Positions 1 to 9,594 of a stretch of DNA of 41,749 bases are shown in pieces. The stretch comes from Alphaproteobacteria bacterium (GTDB lineage Bacteria; Pseudomonadota; Alphaproteobacteria; Caulobacterales; Caulobacteraceae), in contig JANNFM010000334.1 of assembly GCA_031379795.1 (NCBI GenBank), positions 1 through 41,749 of the forward strand, given 5' to 3'. The notes under the pieces are model-generated. The model was given only the letters and a program-made list of their open reading frames with translations, made no database searches and was not told the DNA's origin. Made by a program: the position numbers and the translations under genes. Each line of letters begins with the position of its first letter. Position 1 is the stretch's first letter.

Positions 1-919
1 TTTCCTGCAGCTGATGAAGCCCCGCGTCATGTCGCTGGTGGTGTTCACCGCCCTGACCGGGCTGGTCTGCGCCGGTCAGCCGATCCACCCGGTGCTGGGC
101 GCGGTGGCGATCCTTTGCATCGCGGTGGGCGCCGGCGCCTCGGCCTCGCTTAACATGTGGTACGACGCCGACATCGACGCCAAGATGCGCCGCACGCGCG
201 GACGCCCGGTACCCTCCGGCAAGGTTCAGGGCGCCGACGCCCTGGCGCTTGGCGTGGTGCTGTCGCTGTTCTCGGTGATGCTGATGGGCATGGCGCTGAA
301 CTGGCTCGCCGCAGGCCTGCTGGCGTTCACCATCGTCTTCTACGCTGTGGTCTACACCATGTGGCTCAAGCGCTGGACCGCTCAGAACATTGTCATCGGC
401 GGATTGGCCGGTGCCTTGCCGCCGGTGATCGGTTGGGCGGCGGTGACCGGCACGGCTCCGGCCAACGCCTGGCTGCTGTGCGCCATCATCTTCATGTGGA
501 CCCCGCCGCACTTCTGGGCCCTGTCGCTCTATACCTCGGAGGATTATGCCAAGGCGGGCGTGCCGATGATGCCGGTGGTCAAGGGCGCGGCGTCGACCCG
601 CAAACAGATCCTGATCTACAGCCTGCTGCTGATCCCGGTCTGTGTAGCGCCCGCGTTCACCGGCCTGGGCGGGCTAGCCTATCTGGCGGTCTCGGGGCTA
701 GGCGGACTGGTGTTCCTCTTGCTGGCCTGGCGACTGTTCCGCAGCCAGGCGGGTGACGCCCTGGATCCTCGCAACGACGATGGCCTCTATGATGTCCGCG
801 CCGGGGCCACCACCGCGCGAAATCTTTTCGCCTTCTCGATCTTGTACCTGTCCCTCCTGTTCGCCACCTTGCTCGTGGAAAAGGTGATGGGGCTTGCGCC
901 TCTGGAGCTGTTCCGATGA
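1..919 (+). CDS. ctaB: Protoheme IX farnesyltransferase (heme O synthase), 5'-truncated by the window edge
   Basis: LMKPRVMSLVVFT, NMWYDADIDAKMRRTRGRP, YTMWLKR and WTPPHFWAL motifs; cox operon context; the frame is open back to the window start. Confidence 0.95.
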   Translation, partial: FLQLMKPRVMSLVVFTALTGLVCAGQPIHPVLGAVAILCIAVGAGASASLNMWYDADIDAKMRRTRGRPVPSGKVQGADALALGVVLSLFSVMLMGMALNWLAAGLLAFTIVFYAVVYTMWLKRWTAQNIVIGGLAGALPPVIGWAAVTGTAPANAWLLCAIIFMWTPPHFWALSLYTSEDYAKAGVPMMPVVKGAASTRKQILIYSLLLIPVCVAPAFTGLGGLAYLAVSGLGGLVFLLLAWRLFRSQAGDALDPRNDDGLYDVRAGATTARNLFAFSILYLSLLFATLLVEKVMGLAPLELFR

Positions 920-1068
920 GTGATCCCGCCCGTGAGGACGCCGCCGCCGCCAAGGCCCGCCGGGGCCGCAACATCGTGATCGCGGTCGGCCTCGTCCTGT
1001 TTGTGATCCTCGTCTACGTCGTCACCGTCATCAAAATGGGCGCCAATGTCCTTGAACGCGCTATCTGA
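916..1068 (+). CDS. Small single-TM protein of the cox operon (CoxF-like), 50 aa, absent from the ORF track
   Basis: ATGA overlap with the ctaB stop. Translates as MSDPAREDAAAAKARRGRNIVIAVGLVLFVILVYVVTVIKMGANVLERAI: basic patch followed by a hydrophobic helix, GC3-rich codons, positioned between ctaB and ctaG. Confidence 0.75.
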   Translation: MSDPAREDAAAAKARRGRNIVIAVGLVLFVILVYVVTVIKMGANVLERAI

Positions 1069-1636
1069 TCCTGACCGCCAGCGGAACGTTCGTGTCGCGG
1101 TCATCTGCGCCGCGCTGTTCTTTGGGATGATCGGGGCGGCCTACGCGTCGGTGCCCCTTTACAAGCTGTTCTGTCAGGTCACCGGGTTTGACGGCACCGT
1201 GCGCCGGGCCGACCTGGCGCCGGACACCATCCTCGGCAAGACCATGACGGTCCGGTTCGACGCCAATACCCGGGGGCTGCCGTTCACATTCACCGCCGAA
1301 CAGACCTCCCAGACCGTCAAGATCGGCGAGACCAAGCTGGCCTTCTTCAAGGTCACCAACCATTCGGACAAGCCGGTCCGGGCGCGCGCCATCTACAACG
1401 TGGTGCCGGAACAGGCGGGGGCCTATTTCCAGAAGCTGCAGTGCTTCTGCTTCACCGACCAGACCATCGCCGCCGGGGCCACGGTCGAGATGCCGGTGCT
1501 CTACTTCATCGACCCGAAGTACGCCGAAGATGTCAACACCAAGGGCAAGCCCGAGGTGACGCTCAGCTACACCTTTTTCCCGTCGACCGAGGGCGCGGCC
1601 CAGGCCGAGGCGCCAAAGGCCGACAAGAAGGGTTGA
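1046..1636 (+). CDS. ctaG: Cytochrome c oxidase assembly protein CtaG/Cox11
   Basis: YASVPLYKLFCQVTG and the copper-binding KLQCFCF motif; N-terminal TM helix. Confidence 0.95.
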   Translation: MSLNALSDPDRQRNVRVAVICAALFFGMIGAAYASVPLYKLFCQVTGFDGTVRRADLAPDTILGKTMTVRFDANTRGLPFTFTAEQTSQTVKIGETKLAFFKVTNHSDKPVRARAIYNVVPEQAGAYFQKLQCFCFTDQTIAAGATVEMPVLYFIDPKYAEDVNTKGKPEVTLSYTFFPSTEGAAQAEAPKADKKG

Positions 1637-1652
1637 GCCCAGCCTTTCCCCC

Positions 1653-1682
1653 TTGGCGAACCCTTGGGCGCGGGGCTATAGC
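1653..1682 (+). promoter_or_regulatory. Putative sigma70-type internal promoter upstream of ctaE
   Basis: TTGGCG-N16-GCTATAGC resembles the Caulobacter housekeeping consensus TTGACG-N16-GCTANAWC. Confidence 0.4.
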
Positions 1683-1748
1683 GTGGCGCAAGTTTGGCTG
1701 CGCGACTCTGTTGGCGCGGTCGTGACTCTACGAGGGGAATGCACCGCA

Positions 1749-2618
1749 ATGGCCGCTGGCGTGAAGCACGACTACCACCTGGTCGATCCGAGCCCGTATC
1801 CGCTGGTCGGCTCGATCGCCGCTACGGTCATGGCGCTGGGCGGCGTCGCCTGGATGAAGGGCATCTTCGGCCTGCCGGAAGGCACGTCGTGGCTGTTCTT
1901 CGCGGGTCTGGCCGGCGTGCTCTACACCATGGCCGCCTGGTGGACCCAGGTGGTCAAGGAAGCCAACAGCGGCGATCACACCCCCGTCGTCTCCATCGGC
2001 CTGCGCTATGGCATGGTGCTGTTCATCGCTTCCGAAGTGATGTTCTTCGTCGCCTGGTTCTGGATTTTCTTCGAGGCGGCCCTGTTCCACGGCAACCGCA
2101 CCGTGGGTTCGATCGCCGAAGTCCAGGCCGCCTGGGCCACATTCCCGCCCAAGGGCATCGAGGCCGTTCCCGCCTTCGAACTGCCGCTGGTCAATACGCT
2201 GACGCTGCTGCTGTCCGGCACAACGGTGACCTGGGCGCACCATGCGTTGCAGGTCGGGGATCGCAAGAACGCCAAGCTGGGTCTCATCCTGACCGTAATC
2301 CTGGGCGCGCTGTTCACCGCGATCCAGGTCTACGAGTACAGCCATATCCTAGAGCACAAGTACTTCTTCGGCGGCGAGGGCCAGGAGAACTCGGGCCTCT
2401 ATGGATCGTCCTTCTTCATGGCGACCGGCTTCCATGGCTTCCACGTGCTGATCGGAACGATCTTCCTGGCGGTCTGCCTGTTCCGTCTGATGGGCAAGGG
2501 CTTTACCCCCAAGCAGCACTTCGGCTTCGAGGCTGCGGCCTGGTACTGGCACTTCGTTGACGTGGTCTGGCTGTTCCTGTTCGCCTTCATCTACGTGATC
2601 TTCGGAGTGACCCACTAG
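1749..2618 (+). CDS. ctaE: Cytochrome c oxidase subunit III
   Basis: HDYHLVDPSPYP, LFIASEVMFF, TGFHGFHV and AAWYWHFVDVVWLFLF motifs; ATG 1749 follows a GAGGGG SD. Confidence 0.97.
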   Translation: MAAGVKHDYHLVDPSPYPLVGSIAATVMALGGVAWMKGIFGLPEGTSWLFFAGLAGVLYTMAAWWTQVVKEANSGDHTPVVSIGLRYGMVLFIASEVMFFVAWFWIFFEAALFHGNRTVGSIAEVQAAWATFPPKGIEAVPAFELPLVNTLTLLLSGTTVTWAHHALQVGDRKNAKLGLILTVILGALFTAIQVYEYSHILEHKYFFGGEGQENSGLYGSSFFMATGFHGFHVLIGTIFLAVCLFRLMGKGFTPKQHFGFEAAAWYWHFVDVVWLFLFAFIYVIFGVTH

Positions 2619-2625
2619 GGTTGGA

Positions 2626-2985
2626 ATGAGCAAACCCCATCCGCTGCTGGCGGGGCTTGCGGGCCGCTGTCCTAACTGTGGCGAAGGGTTTCTCTTCGAA
2701 GGATTCCTGAAGGTCTCGCCGTCCTGTGACGCCTGCGGCGCAGACTTCGCCCGGGCGGATTCCGGGGACGGTCCGGCGGTGTTTGTCATTCTGATCGCAG
2801 GCTTCGTCGTCGCCTTTGCGGCCCTGTTCATGGAATTCACCTTCCGGCCGCCGATCTGGCTGCACCTGATCCTGTGGTTGCCGGCGACCCTGATCCTGTC
2901 GCTGGGTCTGATGCGGCCGTTCAAGGGCGCGATGCTGGCCGCCCAGTTCATGAACAAGGCCGCCGAGGCCCGGCATGACGACTGA
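2626..2985 (+). CDS. DUF983-family membrane protein
   Basis: GRCPNCGEGFLF...CDACG...DSGDGPA followed by two TM helices; usual position between ctaE and SURF1. Confidence 0.85.
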   Translation: MSKPHPLLAGLAGRCPNCGEGFLFEGFLKVSPSCDACGADFARADSGDGPAVFVILIAGFVVAFAALFMEFTFRPPIWLHLILWLPATLILSLGLMRPFKGAMLAAQFMNKAAEARHDD

Positions 2986-3706
2986 TCAGACCCCAGCCGC
3001 CGTCAGGTTCCCCATCGGCCTGACGATTGCCGTCGCGATCGCCTTCGCGATCCTGATCGCGCTGGGCACCTGGCAGGTCCAGCGGTTGGCCTGGAAGCAG
3101 GAGCTGCTGGCCCGCATCGATGCCCTGCAGGCTGCGCCCGCCCAACCGCTCGGAGCGGTGCTGGATCGGGTGGCGAAAGGCAGCGACGCCGATTTCACGC
3201 GGGTCAGGGTAATCTGCCCCGGCCTGGCGAAAGCCCCGTCCGTCGAGCTCTACACCCTGCGCGACGGTCAGGCGGGCGTGCGCCTGATGTCAGCTTGCCG
3301 GATCGATCACACGACCTACGCCAGTGTGCTGGTGGACCGGGGCTACGTCGCTGACACCATCTCCGCTCGCCCCCCCGTCGATGCCGTTGATACCGCGCCT
3401 TTCGAACTGGTGGGCGTGCTGCGCAAACCCGAGGCCGGGAACCGCTTCTCGCCATCCAATACCCCCGGACGCTGGTACACCCGCGATGTCACCGCCATGG
3501 CCGCGGTGCTGAAAGCATCCCGGCCTGCGCCCCTGGTGATCATGGCCGAAACCGCCACCAACCCGGACTGGAAGGGCCTGGTCCCCGCGCCCATCCCCGC
3601 CGACATTGCCAACCGGCATCTGGAATATGCCCTGACCTGGTACGGCCTTGCCGCTGCCTTGCTCGGCGTCTATGCCGCCATGCTGTTTCGCAGGCGAGCT
3701 TCCTGA
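2975..3706 (+). CDS. SURF1/Shy1 cytochrome oxidase assembly protein
   Basis: LGTWQVQRLAWK, VLVDRGYV and NRHLEYALTWYGLA motifs; two TM helices. Confidence 0.93.
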   Translation: MTTDQTPAAVRFPIGLTIAVAIAFAILIALGTWQVQRLAWKQELLARIDALQAAPAQPLGAVLDRVAKGSDADFTRVRVICPGLAKAPSVELYTLRDGQAGVRLMSACRIDHTTYASVLVDRGYVADTISARPPVDAVDTAPFELVGVLRKPEAGNRFSPSNTPGRWYTRDVTAMAAVLKASRPAPLVIMAETATNPDWKGLVPAPIPADIANRHLEYALTWYGLAAALLGVYAAMLFRRRAS

Positions 3707-5094
3707 TGCGCTACATTTCGACCCGTGGGGAATCCTCGGCGGTGGGCTTCACCGATGCGGTGCTGGGGGGCCTGGCCCCCGACGGCGGCCTCTATGTGCC
3801 GGAATCCTGGCCGACGCTCAGCCGCGAGCGGATCGCGGCCTTCGCGTCCATGTCCTATGCTGAGGTCGCCGCCGAGGTGCTGGGGGTGTTTGCGGGTGAT
3901 GAAATCTCGCCCGCCGACATGCTGGCCATGTGCGAGGAGGCCTACGCCACCTTCAGCCACAAGGCCGTGGTGCCGATGGTCCAGATCGGACCGCAGACCT
4001 TCATCGCCGAACTGTTCCACGGTCCCAGCCTCGCCTTCAAGGATGTGGCGATGCAGATCCTGGCCCGGTTCTACGACCACTTCCTGGGTCAGCAAGGCCG
4101 CAAGCAGGTGATCCTGTGCGCCACCTCGGGCGACACCGGCGGCGCTGCCGTTGAGGCGTTTCGCGGGGCAAAGAACGTCCGCGTGGTGGTGATGTTCCCG
4201 GAGGGGCGGATCTCGGAAGTCCAGCGTCGATTCATGACCACGGCGGTTGAGGACAACATCGCCTGCGTCGCCGTGGACGGCACATTTGACGATTGCCAGG
4301 CGATCCTGAAGGACGCGTTTCAGGACAAGGTGCTGCGCCAGTCGGTCGACCTGGCCGCCGTCAATTCCATCAACTTTGCGCGGATCGCCGCCCAGTCGGT
4401 GTACTATTTCACCACCGCCGCCGCGCTGGGCGCCCCGGCGCGCGCGGTGAATTTCGTGGTGCCGTCCGGCAATTTTGGTGACGCCTTTGCAGGTTATGTC
4501 GCGCTGCGCATGGGTCTGCCGATCGAGCGGATCGTGGTGGCGACCAACGCCAACGACATCCTGGCCCGCGCCTTCTCGACCGGGCGCTACACGCGTGGCG
4601 GCGTTCTGCCGACCATCTCACCCGCCATGGACATCCAGTCTGCCTCCAACTTCGAGCGCCTGTACTTCGAGGGCGTCCAGCGCGAGCCGGTCGAAACCGC
4701 CCGGGCCTTCGAGGCGTTCAAGACCTCCGGTGTCATCGACATTCCGCCCGGCGCGCTCAGCTATATGCAGGCCCGCTTTACCGGCGTTGCCATCGGCGAG
4801 GGCGAAACCGCCAAAACCATCGTTTCGACCCTGAACGAGACCGGTGAACTGATCGACCCTCACACCGCCGTCGCGGTGGCTGCCCTGCGCCACGTGACCC
4901 TGGATGGCCCGACCGTGGTGATGTCGACCGCCCACCCGGCCAAGTTCCCCGAGGATGTTGCCAAGGCCAGCGGCGTCCAGCCGACCCTGCCGCGCGGGGT
5001 CGCCAACCTTTCTGGCCGCAGCGAACGCTTCGATCGGCTGCCGGGCGACGCCGACACCATCAAGGCCTACGTCCGCGCCTTTGCCGAAGGCTGA
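3706..5094 (+). CDS. thrC: Threonine synthase
   Basis: MRYISTRG, GLAPDGGLYVP, ELFHGPSLAFKD (PLP lysine), ATSGDTG, NSINFARI and TAHPAKF. Confidence 0.97.
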   Translation: MRYISTRGESSAVGFTDAVLGGLAPDGGLYVPESWPTLSRERIAAFASMSYAEVAAEVLGVFAGDEISPADMLAMCEEAYATFSHKAVVPMVQIGPQTFIAELFHGPSLAFKDVAMQILARFYDHFLGQQGRKQVILCATSGDTGGAAVEAFRGAKNVRVVVMFPEGRISEVQRRFMTTAVEDNIACVAVDGTFDDCQAILKDAFQDKVLRQSVDLAAVNSINFARIAAQSVYYFTTAAALGAPARAVNFVVPSGNFGDAFAGYVALRMGLPIERIVVATNANDILARAFSTGRYTRGGVLPTISPAMDIQSASNFERLYFEGVQREPVETARAFEAFKTSGVIDIPPGALSYMQARFTGVAIGEGETAKTIVSTLNETGELIDPHTAVAVAALRHVTLDGPTVVMSTAHPAKFPEDVAKASGVQPTLPRGVANLSGRSERFDRLPGDADTIKAYVRAFAEG

Positions 5095-5098
5095 GCGA

Positions 5099-6361
5099 TT
5101 GCCTCCCAAGGTTCATACGTTATCCAACGGTGTGCGATTGATCTGCGACCCCTTGCCGGGCTGGCAGACCGTGGCGCTGTCGGTCGTCGCCGGGCGTGGC
5201 GCGCGGTTCGAGGATCGCGCCCGCTCGGGCTGGTCGCACCTGCTCGAGCACATGGTGTTCAAGGGCGCTGGCGGTCGGTCATCCCGCGAGATCGTCGAGG
5301 TGATCGAAGCCGAGGGCGGCAACATCAACGCGGCGACCGGCTATGAGCGGACCAGTTTCCAGATCCGCGCGCTGAAGGCTGGCCTCGACCTTGGGTCCGC
5401 GGTGCTCAGCGATCTGGTGCTGCACCCGATCATGAACGCTGACGATCTGGAACGCGAAAAGCACGTGGTTGGCCAGGAGATCGCCGAGGCCGCCGACACG
5501 CCCGACGATCTGGTGTTTGAGCTGGCCCAGCAAACCGCCTTCACCGGCCAGCCGCTGGGGCGGCCGATCCTGGGCACGCCGAAATCCATCGGCACGGCGA
5601 CGACGCAAACGCTCGCCGATTGGCGGGCCGCGCTCTACGCGCCGGAGACCCTGGTGATCAGTGCGGCCGGGGCCGTGGACGAAGACGATCTGCTGCGTCT
5701 GGCGGAACGCGACTTCGGTGTGGCCAGAGGGGCCGGTGTCCCCGCCGCCGACCCCGCCACCTTCACCAGCGGCGCCAAAACCGTCGCGCGCAAGCTGGAA
5801 CAGGCCAATCTGGTGCTGTTGCTGCCGGCGGTCGGTGTCCACGATCCCGACTATTTCGCGCTGCGCCTGCTGGCCGAAATCCTCGGCGGTGGCATGGCGT
5901 CCCGCCTGTTTCAGGAGGCCCGCGAGGTCCGCGGCCTGGCCTATGCCATCGATGCCTATTCCGAAACCTACGCCGACACCGGTATCCTGGGTGTGTTCGC
6001 CGGGTGCGACGCCAAAAACGCCGTTGAGCTGGCCGAAGTCACCGCCGGCGAAATCCTGGCCCTGACCAAACCGGTTGCCGACGCCGAGCTGGCCCGCGCC
6101 AAGGCCCAGCTCAAGGGCTCAATGTTCATGGGCCGCGAATCGGCGCTGGCCCGCTCCGAACAGGCGGCAGGCCAGGTGCTGCTGTTCGGCCGCGCCCTCG
6201 ATCCCGACGACATTGCCGAACAGATCGACGCCGTCTCGCCCGCCCAGCTGGCCGCCCTGACCGCGCGCATTCTCAACAATCGAAAAGCCGCCGTCGCCAT
6301 CCTCGGCCCCCGGGCAGCCCTCGGCGCCGCCGAAGGATTCGAACGGGCGCTGTTCGGGTAG
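5099..6361 (+). CDS. M16 (pitrilysin-family) zinc peptidase
   Basis: Inverted zincin HLLEH, NAATG and SRLFQEAREVRGLAY; probable TTG start at 5099 just after the thrC stop. Confidence 0.92.
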   Translation: MPPKVHTLSNGVRLICDPLPGWQTVALSVVAGRGARFEDRARSGWSHLLEHMVFKGAGGRSSREIVEVIEAEGGNINAATGYERTSFQIRALKAGLDLGSAVLSDLVLHPIMNADDLEREKHVVGQEIAEAADTPDDLVFELAQQTAFTGQPLGRPILGTPKSIGTATTQTLADWRAALYAPETLVISAAGAVDEDDLLRLAERDFGVARGAGVPAADPATFTSGAKTVARKLEQANLVLLLPAVGVHDPDYFALRLLAEILGGGMASRLFQEAREVRGLAYAIDAYSETYADTGILGVFAGCDAKNAVELAEVTAGEILALTKPVADAELARAKAQLKGSMFMGRESALARSEQAAGQVLLFGRALDPDDIAEQIDAVSPAQLAALTARILNNRKAAVAILGPRAALGAAEGFERALFG

Positions 6362-6364
6362 CAA

Positions 6365-6544
6365 CCTTTCCTTTCTCGCTTGCGGGAAAGGGGGACCGTC
6401 GGCTGCAAGGCCGATGGTGGAAAGGGCAAGCCACCCGCACAGCTGATCGATCCTCCGCCTGAGACTCGGTGACTGAGGCCTTCCCTATCCACCCCGCCCT
6501 CTTTGGGGCGCGGTCCCCCTTTCCCGGAACCGGGAAAGGAAAGG
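6365..6544. repeat. Family-A palindromic intergenic element, copy 1 (divergent)
   Basis: 11-bp terminal IR CCTTTCCTTTC/GAAAGGAAAGG. Two inverted half-units, each an outer hairpin + GGGGACCG-[inner hairpin]-GGTGGA; related to the copies at 20194 and 25476. Confidence 0.85.
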
Positions 6545-6564
6545 GCACTCGCGCCCCACCCCCC

Positions 6565-6598
6565 TTGACCCTCTGCCCAAATCCGCCACCCTTCGCCC
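6565..6598 (+). promoter_or_regulatory. Putative promoter for a leaderless rimJ-like transcript
   Basis: TTGACC-N16-CACCCT-N6-ATG; no SD sequence before ATG 6599. Confidence 0.35.
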
Positions 6599-7210
6599 AT
6601 GGCCCTGTTGGACTGGATCGCGCCGGAAAGCGGCCTTCGCGTCGAGGGCGAGGGCGTATATCTGCGTCCGCCCCGGGCCCAGGACTTCAGCGAATGGCGC
6701 GACCTGCGCGCCCAGAGCCGGGCCTTCCTGCAACCCTGGGAGCCCACCTGGCCAGCCGATGACCTCTCGCGCGCCGCGTTCCGTCGCCGGTTGATGGCCT
6801 ATGCCCGCGATCGTGACGCTGGGGTGGCCTATCCGCTTTTCGTCTTTCGCAGCGCGGACCAGGCTCTGACCGGCGGCATCACGCTCTCCAACGTCCGCCG
6901 CGGCGTCGCCCAGATGGGTTCGGTCGGCTACTGGTGCGGCAGGCCCTATGCGCGACAGGGTCTGACCCTGGCCGCCGTGCATGCCCTTTCGGAGTTTGCA
7001 TTCCGCACCCTGGCCCTGCATCGCCTGGAGGCGGCCTGCCTTCCGGGCAACGCGCCGTCACGGAAATTGCTTGGAAAAGCCGGCTTCGTCGAGGAGGGAT
7101 TAGCCTCGGCTTATCTGAAAATTAACGGCGCATGGTGTGATCATGTCCTGTTCGGACGCTTGAGCCCCTATGGGGGTCATGACGGTCCGGATGCGGGGGT
7201 GTCGGTCTGA
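6599..7210 (+). CDS. RimJ/RimL-family GNAT N-acetyltransferase (ribosomal-protein-alanine acetyltransferase-like)
   Basis: SRAFLQPWEPTW, RRGVAQMGSVGYW, LHRLEAACLPGNAPS and YLKINGAWCDHVL. Confidence 0.88.
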   Translation: MALLDWIAPESGLRVEGEGVYLRPPRAQDFSEWRDLRAQSRAFLQPWEPTWPADDLSRAAFRRRLMAYARDRDAGVAYPLFVFRSADQALTGGITLSNVRRGVAQMGSVGYWCGRPYARQGLTLAAVHALSEFAFRTLALHRLEAACLPGNAPSRKLLGKAGFVEEGLASAYLKINGAWCDHVLFGRLSPYGGHDGPDAGVSV

Positions 7211-7244
7211 TCGACGCCAGTGTTGTGAGTAAGATCAGGACGGA

Positions 7245-8903
7245 ATGGCCAACGAGCGCTGGATGTGGGACGCCACGGCCAATCTCGAGGCGTTGGGGGC
7301 GGCTGAGGTCGCACTCTGGGTCTGGGAGCCGGAGAAGGACCGCCTGCGCCTGACCGGGGCCACCCGTGCGCTGGGTCTTGGCCCGCTGGCACCTGATTGC
7401 TCGTCCGCTGCGCTGCGCGCCCTGGCCCTGCCGCAGGATCGCGCCATGGCGGAAGATATTCTGCGATTTCAGCAACCGGGCGGCGAGGTGGCCGTGCGCC
7501 TGCGTTTGCGCGGCGGCGAACCCAGCATCTGGCGCGGTGTCTGGCTTGAGGACGGCGTGCGCGCCGCCGGCGTTGTCGCGCCTGAGGTGAGATTTGCCGC
7601 CTCTGGCGTTGACGCGCTGACGGGCCTTTGCGACCGCCGCAGTTTCATAACTCTGGCCCGAGAGCGCCTGCAGTCACCCGGCGAGCACGAGCTGATCGTC
7701 GCCGACCTCGACCGCCTGCGCCGCCTGAACGAGGCGCTGGGCCACGAACGCGCCGATCTGGTGCTGGCGGCCCTGGGTTCACGCCTGGCCGCCGCCTTTC
7801 CGCCCGGCGCCCTGCTGGCCCGCATCGGCGAGGACGAGTTCGCCTCCCTGGCCCCCAAGAGTTCATCGCCCGGCCCTGACGCCCTGCGCAGCGCGCTGGA
7901 ACAGCCCCTGCGCATCGCCGGGTTCGACATCCACCCGACCTTGGCCATCGGCGCCGTCCAGGCCACCGGCGGCGAGGACGCACCCGAGGCCACCGAACTG
8001 CTGCGCCGCGCCGAGCTGGCCGTGGAATCCGCGCGCACCCATGGCCGGGGTGGGGCTGCGGCCTACGGTCGCGGCCTTGAGACGGACGGCCTGTCGCGAC
8101 TGGCGCTGGAAGGCGACCTCAAGGGCGCCATGCGTCGCGGCGAGTTGATGCCGTTCTATCAGCCCATCGTGCGCCTCTCCACCGGGGCCCTCTCCGGTTT
8201 TGAGGCCTTGGTGCGGTGGCGCCATCCCCGACGCGGCCTGCTGACCCCTGACCAGTTCCTGCCCAGCTGCGAGGAAATGGGCCTGATGAACGAGCTTGGC
8301 CTGATGATGATGCGCGAGGCCGCCCGGCAGCTGGCCACCTGGCGTCAGCACCACCACGCCGCTGGCGAACTGACCGTCGCCGTCAACCTCTCCACCGGCG
8401 AGATCGACCGCCCTGACCTGGTGGCCGACGTCAACGCCATTCGCGCCGAGACCGGCCTGCCGCCGGGCGCGCTGAAGCTGGAAGTCACCGAAGGTGACGT
8501 CATGCGCGACCCCGACCGCGCCGCGATCATCCTGGCCGCCTTGCGCGAAGCCGGCGCAGCCCTGGCTCTGGACGACTTCGGCACCGGCTTCTCGGCCCTG
8601 TCCTACCTGGCCAGACTGCCCTTCGACACGCTGAAGATTGATCGCTACTTCGTCCGCACCATGGCCTCCAACGAGGGCTCGGCCAAGATCGTCAAGTCCG
8701 TGGTCCGTCTGGGCCAGGACCTCTCCATGGAAGTTATCGCGGAAGGCGTTGAAAACGCCATGATGGCCCACCAGCTGCTGGCGTTGGGCTGCGACTACGG
8801 CCAAGGCTTCGGCTACGCCCCGGCGCTATCGGCACAAGAGGCCGAGGTCTATCTCAATGAAAGCTACGTGGACGGCGCGGCCCCGGTGAAGGCGCGGGGT
8901 TAG
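7245..8903 (+). CDS. pdeA: c-di-GMP phosphodiesterase with a degenerate GGDEF (GEDEF) and an EAL domain, PdeA orthologue
   Basis: RIGEDEF, FEALVRW, LEVTE, DDFGTGFS, KIDR, AEGVE and GQGF motifs; C-terminal ...KARG. These match the Caulobacter PdeA hallmarks. Confidence 0.88.
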   Translation: MANERWMWDATANLEALGAAEVALWVWEPEKDRLRLTGATRALGLGPLAPDCSSAALRALALPQDRAMAEDILRFQQPGGEVAVRLRLRGGEPSIWRGVWLEDGVRAAGVVAPEVRFAASGVDALTGLCDRRSFITLARERLQSPGEHELIVADLDRLRRLNEALGHERADLVLAALGSRLAAAFPPGALLARIGEDEFASLAPKSSSPGPDALRSALEQPLRIAGFDIHPTLAIGAVQATGGEDAPEATELLRRAELAVESARTHGRGGAAAYGRGLETDGLSRLALEGDLKGAMRRGELMPFYQPIVRLSTGALSGFEALVRWRHPRRGLLTPDQFLPSCEEMGLMNELGLMMMREAARQLATWRQHHHAAGELTVAVNLSTGEIDRPDLVADVNAIRAETGLPPGALKLEVTEGDVMRDPDRAAIILAALREAGAALALDDFGTGFSALSYLARLPFDTLKIDRYFVRTMASNEGSAKIVKSVVRLGQDLSMEVIAEGVENAMMAHQLLALGCDYGQGFGYAPALSAQEAEVYLNESYVDGAAPVKARG

Positions 8904-9463
8904 GCCCGCCCGGCCTCCGAGCTCAAAAACCCGGGGTCCACCCCCAGCTTGCCCAGCGCCCGCGCCCATTTCGTTTCATAGGCCTCGTCGAACACCAGCG
9001 CCTCGTCGGCCTCCACGGTCAGCCACACATTCTCGCGGATTTCGGCCTCCAGCTGTCCCGCGCCCCATCCGGCATAGCCCAGGGTCAGGATCGCGCGGCC
9101 CGGAAAGCCGTTGTCGGCGACCATGGATTCCAGCGCGTCGCGGGTGGTGGTCAGGGCCAGGCCGCCCGGCACGGCGGTGCTGTGCTCAGAGCCATAGTCG
9201 CCCGTGTGCAACACAAACCCGCGTGCCGTTTCCACCGGTCCGCCCAGCAGAACCGCCCGGGGCCGGGCGTCGTCGGCCCCCTTGACGTCCAGTTGTTTCA
9301 GCAGGTCCGGCACATTCAGTCCCTCGGCCGGCCGGTTCACCGCCACCCCCATGGCGTGCCCGGCGTCATGCGCACAGATCAGAATCAAGGCCTTTGCAAA
9401 GCGCGGATCGCCAATGCCCGGCATGGCGATCAGCAGTTGGCCTGAGAGGAACGCGCTATCCAT
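8900..9463 (-). CDS. YqgE/AlgH (DUF179) family protein
   Basis: LSGQLLIAMPGIGDPRF, GGPVE..RGFVLH, LGYAGWGAGQLEAEI and C-terminal AGRA; likely ATG at 9463. Confidence 0.92.
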   Translation of the reverse strand: MDSAFLSGQLLIAMPGIGDPRFAKALILICAHDAGHAMGVAVNRPAEGLNVPDLLKQLDVKGADDARPRAVLLGGPVETARGFVLHTGDYGSEHSTAVPGGLALTTTRDALESMVADNGFPGRAILTLGYAGWGAGQLEAEIRENVWLTVEADEALVFDEAYETKWARALGKLGVDPGFLSSEAGRA

Positions 9464-9594
9464 CGATACAAAAAACCGCCGCTCGGTGAGGACATCAAGG
9501 CTTTCCGTACGTATCTCAGAAATCCTGACTACGGTCGCAGCCTCTTCTCGGGTATCAGCGTTGGTGAACATTACCCCCTAAAGGAGATTGACCC

